64,000 nucleotides of DNA, taken from an uncultured Candidatus Saccharibacteria bacterium. Lineage in GTDB: Bacteria; Patescibacteriota; Saccharimonadia; Saccharimonadales; AWTP1-31. The DNA lies in the NCBI GenBank assembly GCA_964641545.1, contig CAZXLT010000001.1, positions 20,094-84,093 on the forward strand, in the 5' to 3' direction. The notes beneath the pieces were generated by a model that saw only the letters and a list, made by a program, of their open reading frames with translations, made no database searches and had not been told where the DNA came from. Positions 60,179 through 64,000 of this stretch are shown piece by piece; position 1 is the first letter of the stretch, and each line of letters opens with the position of its first letter. The position numbers were made by a program, and so were the translations under genes.

Positions 60179-60269
60179 TTAAAGTAGTAAATACTACTGC
60201 ACCCAATATTTGCTTTTTACGCTCGTTCGTATTATTGTTTTAGGCAGAAGCAATTTAAGGAGGAGTTCT

Positions 60270-60989
60270 ATGTTTGGGAGACAAAAGATTGCCATGGTGG
60301 TGGCAGAAATTCTTGGTACCGCCACTCTGGCGGTGGCCGTCTACTCAATGGTTGCGCGCACTAGCTTTCCATTGTTTGGCGGAATAGCAGCAGGGTTGGT
60401 AGTAGGAGTCATGACGCTTGCAGTTGGCAATGCATCATCAGCTCACTTCAATCCAGCTATTACGTTTGGTCTATGGACCGCACGAAAAGTCAAAACTACT
60501 ACTGCGATTGTTAATATCGCTGCACAAATGCTCGGGGGTTTGCTTGCTTGGGTACTGTTGAAGTACTTAATTGGTCGAACACTTGATTCGCTCGTGCAAG
60601 GTAAGTTTGACTGGAAGGTCTTTGTTGCCGAAGCTGTCGGCGCAATGGTCTTTACCTTTGCAGTCACGGCCGCTGTATATCAAAAATATGAAGGTGGCAA
60701 GTTGGCAGCAACTGTCGGTGGCGGTCTGCTTATTGGTATTCTCGTTGCCTCGATGGCATCGAATGGTGTTGTTAACCCGGCTGTTGCTGTGGGCATTCAG
60801 TCTTGGAGTTGGGCATATGCGACCGGTCCACTAGCTGGTGCGTTAGTAGGAGCGAACCTGTATAGCTTGCTCTTTGCAGGCGACTACCCGGTCATTCGGG
60901 TTGCGTCTTCTGCTTCAGCACGTAGTGCCAAGGCTAAGCCAGCAGCAAAAAAGAAGACAGCAAAAAAGGCGCCACGAAAGCGACGTTAG
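60270..60989 (+). CDS. Aquaporin/MIP family channel
   Basis: AEILGT, HFNPA, VNPA, six TMs; AGGAG RBS; Lys/Ala-rich C-terminal tail. Confidence 0.9.
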   Translation: MFGRQKIAMVVAEILGTATLAVAVYSMVARTSFPLFGGIAAGLVVGVMTLAVGNASSAHFNPAITFGLWTARKVKTTTAIVNIAAQMLGGLLAWVLLKYLIGRTLDSLVQGKFDWKVFVAEAVGAMVFTFAVTAAVYQKYEGGKLAATVGGGLLIGILVASMASNGVVNPAVAVGIQSWSWAYATGPLAGALVGANLYSLLFAGDYPVIRVASSASARSAKAKPAAKKKTAKKAPRKRR

Positions 60990-61010
60990 TTACGTAACGT
61001 TTTTGTGCAT

Positions 61011-61039
61011 AACTCCCGGGACATATCCCGGGAGTTTTT
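61011..61039 (+). terminator. Intrinsic terminator between convergent genes
   Basis: AACTCCCGGGA-cata-TCCCGGGAGTT-TTT. Confidence 0.85.
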
Positions 61040-64000
61040 ATATGGCGCCGCTTAGAAGGTCTTTCTGAAATGCGGCAATGCCCGCATAGTCCGGACTATA
61101 GTTTCGTGTGTCGGGCAGATTTAGTGAAACAATTCGCTCAAACACTATGCTTATTAATTTTTCGTACTCCGTAAGTTCTTCTTGACTAGGTGTATATTCG
61201 CGTACGAGCTCTTTAGATTTCTCGGCTTCCAAATACCACATTTGACCAGCTATGTTGCTTTTTTTGAAACGAGTACTGTTCTGCACGAGTAAGCAGTAGA
61301 AAATAAGCTGAGAGCGGTGACGCCATGCTTTCACTGCTTTTGTTTTATCGCGGGTAGTAAAACTAGACAGCGGGCTGCCGGTTTTATAGTCAATAATTGT
61401 CGCAGAATTTTTATCGGTATCTATGCGGTCGATCTTGCCATTAATAGTTGCGTTGCCAATTGTAATGTCTTGGATGTTTTGTTCTGGCAAACCTCCCTTG
61501 CCGAGCCAAAACGTGTCGCTACGTAATAATTTATTGATCAATTGCGTGCCATGGGTCTTGTATCGTTCAAATTCAGACTTTGGTAATTGTTGGTTAGCTA
61601 GTGTTACTTGAAACCGGTCAACTATCTTCTGTTCTGAAAATTGATCTGTATTCACAAGGACTTGTGCTAACTCGAGCGCTTTATGAATAGCAGATCCAAA
61701 CGCCATTTGCGGAGACTGTGCCTCTGGCAGTGCAAGCAAGTGTCGTTCAAAGAACAGTTGTGGTCCGCCTTGGCTAATGTCGAGAAAATCGATTAGTGCA
61801 GTAGCACTCAAACTAAATGACTCGAGCCGACCTCGCAAAATCAGTTTCTCGTCATCGATCGATAAATGTGGCCAGGTGATATGTTGTTCAAGGATATTTA
61901 CATCTTTAGCTTTGGTTTTCTTTTCGTGAAAATCTAGATTGAAGCCACTCGCAACCAATGGACTCGCCATAACTTCCCTGCCGGTAATGTCTTGCTGGTA
62001 GCTCGTAACCACAACCGAATGCCTGGCTCGTGTTACGGCAACATACATAAGACGTGCGTAATCATCATTGTCATCGCCAACAGGCTGAAGCGGCAGATTT
62101 GCAGGCATTTTTCTGCCACCGCTACTCGGACGCCAACTTGTATCGATCGCATTAATCACATACACACTATCAAACTCCAGACCCTTAGCTTTATGCACAG
62201 TTAGCAACTCGACTGCATGGTCTCCGCTGACAAAAACCGACTCGTCGGCAACGATTTCGTTCGTATCGATCGCAAGTTGAATAAAGTTAACAAAATCTTC
62301 CAAGCTTGGACTGCCGGTGCGAACGAAGTCGCGAGCAGTAGCAAGTAGCAAACGTATCGCAGATAGTGTCTGGGTATAGTCGGTGTCAATTGATGAAGCC
62401 CCTAGGTAGTACGCGCGCAAAGGGCTTGTCATATGTTTGCCGCTTCTTAACCCAATGATGTGCTCTAACATAACTTGCACTGGCTGATGTGTTGCTTGCT
62501 GGGAAAGCCATAAAAGCCATTCACCGATGGCTTTTAAGTGTCTGTCTTCGCTTTTGTCTAGATAATCCAGCCAGCTTTTGTTGCGCGCGTGAACCGCAAG
62601 TTTCCACAGCGTGCTTGGGGTAAGCCCCCAGGCAGGACCGCGTACCAGCCTAGACAAGAGATTGTTAACAACTAGTTCGTCGCCATTTTGAATGGCAATC
62701 ACCAATGCAGCCAGGGTATAAATTTCCAAAACTGCCGGTTGATTAAGAATGTTATTTTGTTGTTCGTAACGAACAGGCACTCCCGCGCGTAGTAGTAGTG
62801 ACGCAATATTCCTAAGGCTTCCATGGTCGCGGGCCAGGACTGCTTGTGAATGATCGCCTTTTTCATACTCTTCTTTTATCTTATTTACAATCGCACTTAA
62901 TTGATGTTCTTCTGTTGGAAATCTCAAGTGAGACAGTTCACCCTTATGCGTTATCGTTGTCCGAGCTCGAAGTTTCTTAGTGAGATCTGGTCTGCGGTTT
63001 ACCAGACGGTCGGTGGCATTTTTTATGACTAGCTCTGCCGTATCAAGAACCGCTTGGGTCGAGCGGTAGTTATCGGTCAGTACAATTGTTTTTAGAGTTG
63101 GGTAGCTTTTTGCAAATGAAAGCATGTTGTTAAGTTCAGCACCATTAAACTTATATATTGACTGATCGTCATCCCCTACAACCATAATATTGGGCTTACC
63201 ATTCGACTCGGGGTGATCGGCAATTAGGTGAGCCAGTTGTAGCTGAGCAGCGTTTGTATCTTGGAACTCATCGATTAGTACGTATAAAAATCGTTCCTGC
63301 ACATCAGCTCTCAGCGAAGGGTGCGTTTGCAATTGAGAAATGACTTCAACCAACATGTCGCTGTAATCGTAGTATCCGCGCGAGTGTAGTTCCTGACGGT
63401 ATTTTTCATAAACCATAGATACATGGAGCCACCACTGGTTACGCTCACGCTCCCTAAACATCCCCTTTTTTTGTTCTATGGTTTGGACCCAGCGCTGTTT
63501 CCATTTTCCGATGTGGGTAGTTTTGCTGGTATCTTGATCTTGGGCAATCGCAAAGTCTAAACTTTCCTTGATGACTTTCCCAAGGTCTTGGAGTGGCTGC
63601 AAGGATGCTGCAATGCCTTGGTCAGGTAGTTGCTGAATACGAGTCTGGAGGTGGTCAATTTTTTTTACGCTTAAAGGCGCCCGCACAGCATCAACGAGCT
63701 GAGGTTCGATAGTATCGATATACGCAATATTAGCCTCAACTAGCGCACGAAGTTTGTCGGGCGTTAAACCAGCTTCTTTGGCGTATCTTAGAGCACGAAG
63801 CACATCGCGTCCCGCCGTGAATGTCCCGGCAAATTTTAGCGCCAAAGGGTTGTCGAGCGGCAACTTGCCGAGGATTCCTTGGATAATATCAAGCTGTACT
63901 GCATCCGGTGCGGTAGTTAGTCGTGCTCCATTCCAAAAGTGATCCGGATACATATTCATAAGTTCAGCAGCAAAGCTGTGGAATGTTTTGACAACGACAT
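61038..64000 (-). CDS. UvrD/PcrA-like helicase fused to a C-terminal PD-(D/E)XK nuclease (5' end outside the window)
   Basis: IDEFQDTN, VGDDDQSIY, NYRS, TVHKAKGLEF, YVAVTRAR; GKIDRID..IIDYKTG, QL.FY. Confidence 0.92.
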   Translation of the reverse strand, partial: VVVKTFHSFAAELMNMYPDHFWNGARLTTAPDAVQLDIIQGILGKLPLDNPLALKFAGTFTAGRDVLRALRYAKEAGLTPDKLRALVEANIAYIDTIEPQLVDAVRAPLSVKKIDHLQTRIQQLPDQGIAASLQPLQDLGKVIKESLDFAIAQDQDTSKTTHIGKWKQRWVQTIEQKKGMFRERERNQWWLHVSMVYEKYRQELHSRGYYDYSDMLVEVISQLQTHPSLRADVQERFLYVLIDEFQDTNAAQLQLAHLIADHPESNGKPNIMVVGDDDQSIYKFNGAELNNMLSFAKSYPTLKTIVLTDNYRSTQAVLDTAELVIKNATDRLVNRRPDLTKKLRARTTITHKGELSHLRFPTEEHQLSAIVNKIKEEYEKGDHSQAVLARDHGSLRNIASLLLRAGVPVRYEQQNNILNQPAVLEIYTLAALVIAIQNGDELVVNNLLSRLVRGPAWGLTPSTLWKLAVHARNKSWLDYLDKSEDRHLKAIGEWLLWLSQQATHQPVQVMLEHIIGLRSGKHMTSPLRAYYLGASSIDTDYTQTLSAIRLLLATARDFVRTGSPSLEDFVNFIQLAIDTNEIVADESVFVSGDHAVELLTVHKAKGLEFDSVYVINAIDTSWRPSSGGRKMPANLPLQPVGDDNDDYARLMYVAVTRARHSVVVTSYQQDITGREVMASPLVASGFNLDFHEKKTKAKDVNILEQHITWPHLSIDDEKLILRGRLESFSLSATALIDFLDISQGGPQLFFERHLLALPEAQSPQMAFGSAIHKALELAQVLVNTDQFSEQKIVDRFQVTLANQQLPKSEFERYKTHGTQLINKLLRSDTFWLGKGGLPEQNIQDITIGNATINGKIDRIDTDKNSATIIDYKTGSPLSSFTTRDKTKAVKAWRHRSQLIFYCLLVQNSTRFKKSNIAGQMWYLEAEKSKELVREYTPSQEELTEYEKLISIVFERIVSLNLPDTRNYSPDYAGIAAFQKDLLSGAI

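Overview
A 64-kb bacterial chromosome segment (code 11). Gene content and the many starts with a -10 box just upstream and no Shine-Dalgarno suggest Candidatus Saccharibacteria/CPR (inference). Housekeeping genes include gltX, pyrH, xth, smpB, umuDC-like genes, mgtE, corA, a complete F1Fo ATP synthase operon, a UvrD-nuclease fusion, ABC exporters, glycosyltransferases and four tRNAs (Glu-CTC, Leu-CAA, Ser-CGA, Asn-GTT). The most unusual structure lies at about 41.9-45.9 kb, downstream of tRNA-Asn. It is a stack of small, integrase-free cassettes, all co-oriented with the tRNA. Four junctions share the motif TGGCTC-N15-GTT(A/G)(G/T)AAC-like (+ strand), where TGGCTC is the complement of the tRNA's terminal GAGCCA, and each sits next to its own terminator hairpin. 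This suggests an integron-like array built by repeated integration at the tRNA 3' end. A fifth junction is a tRNA 3'-fragment copy split in the T-loop by a ~54-nt insert, and a similar small element sits behind tRNA-Ser. The atp operon also carries two orphan ORFs, one flanked by a 12-bp direct repeat. All calls come from reading the sequence; no database searches or folding programs were run.
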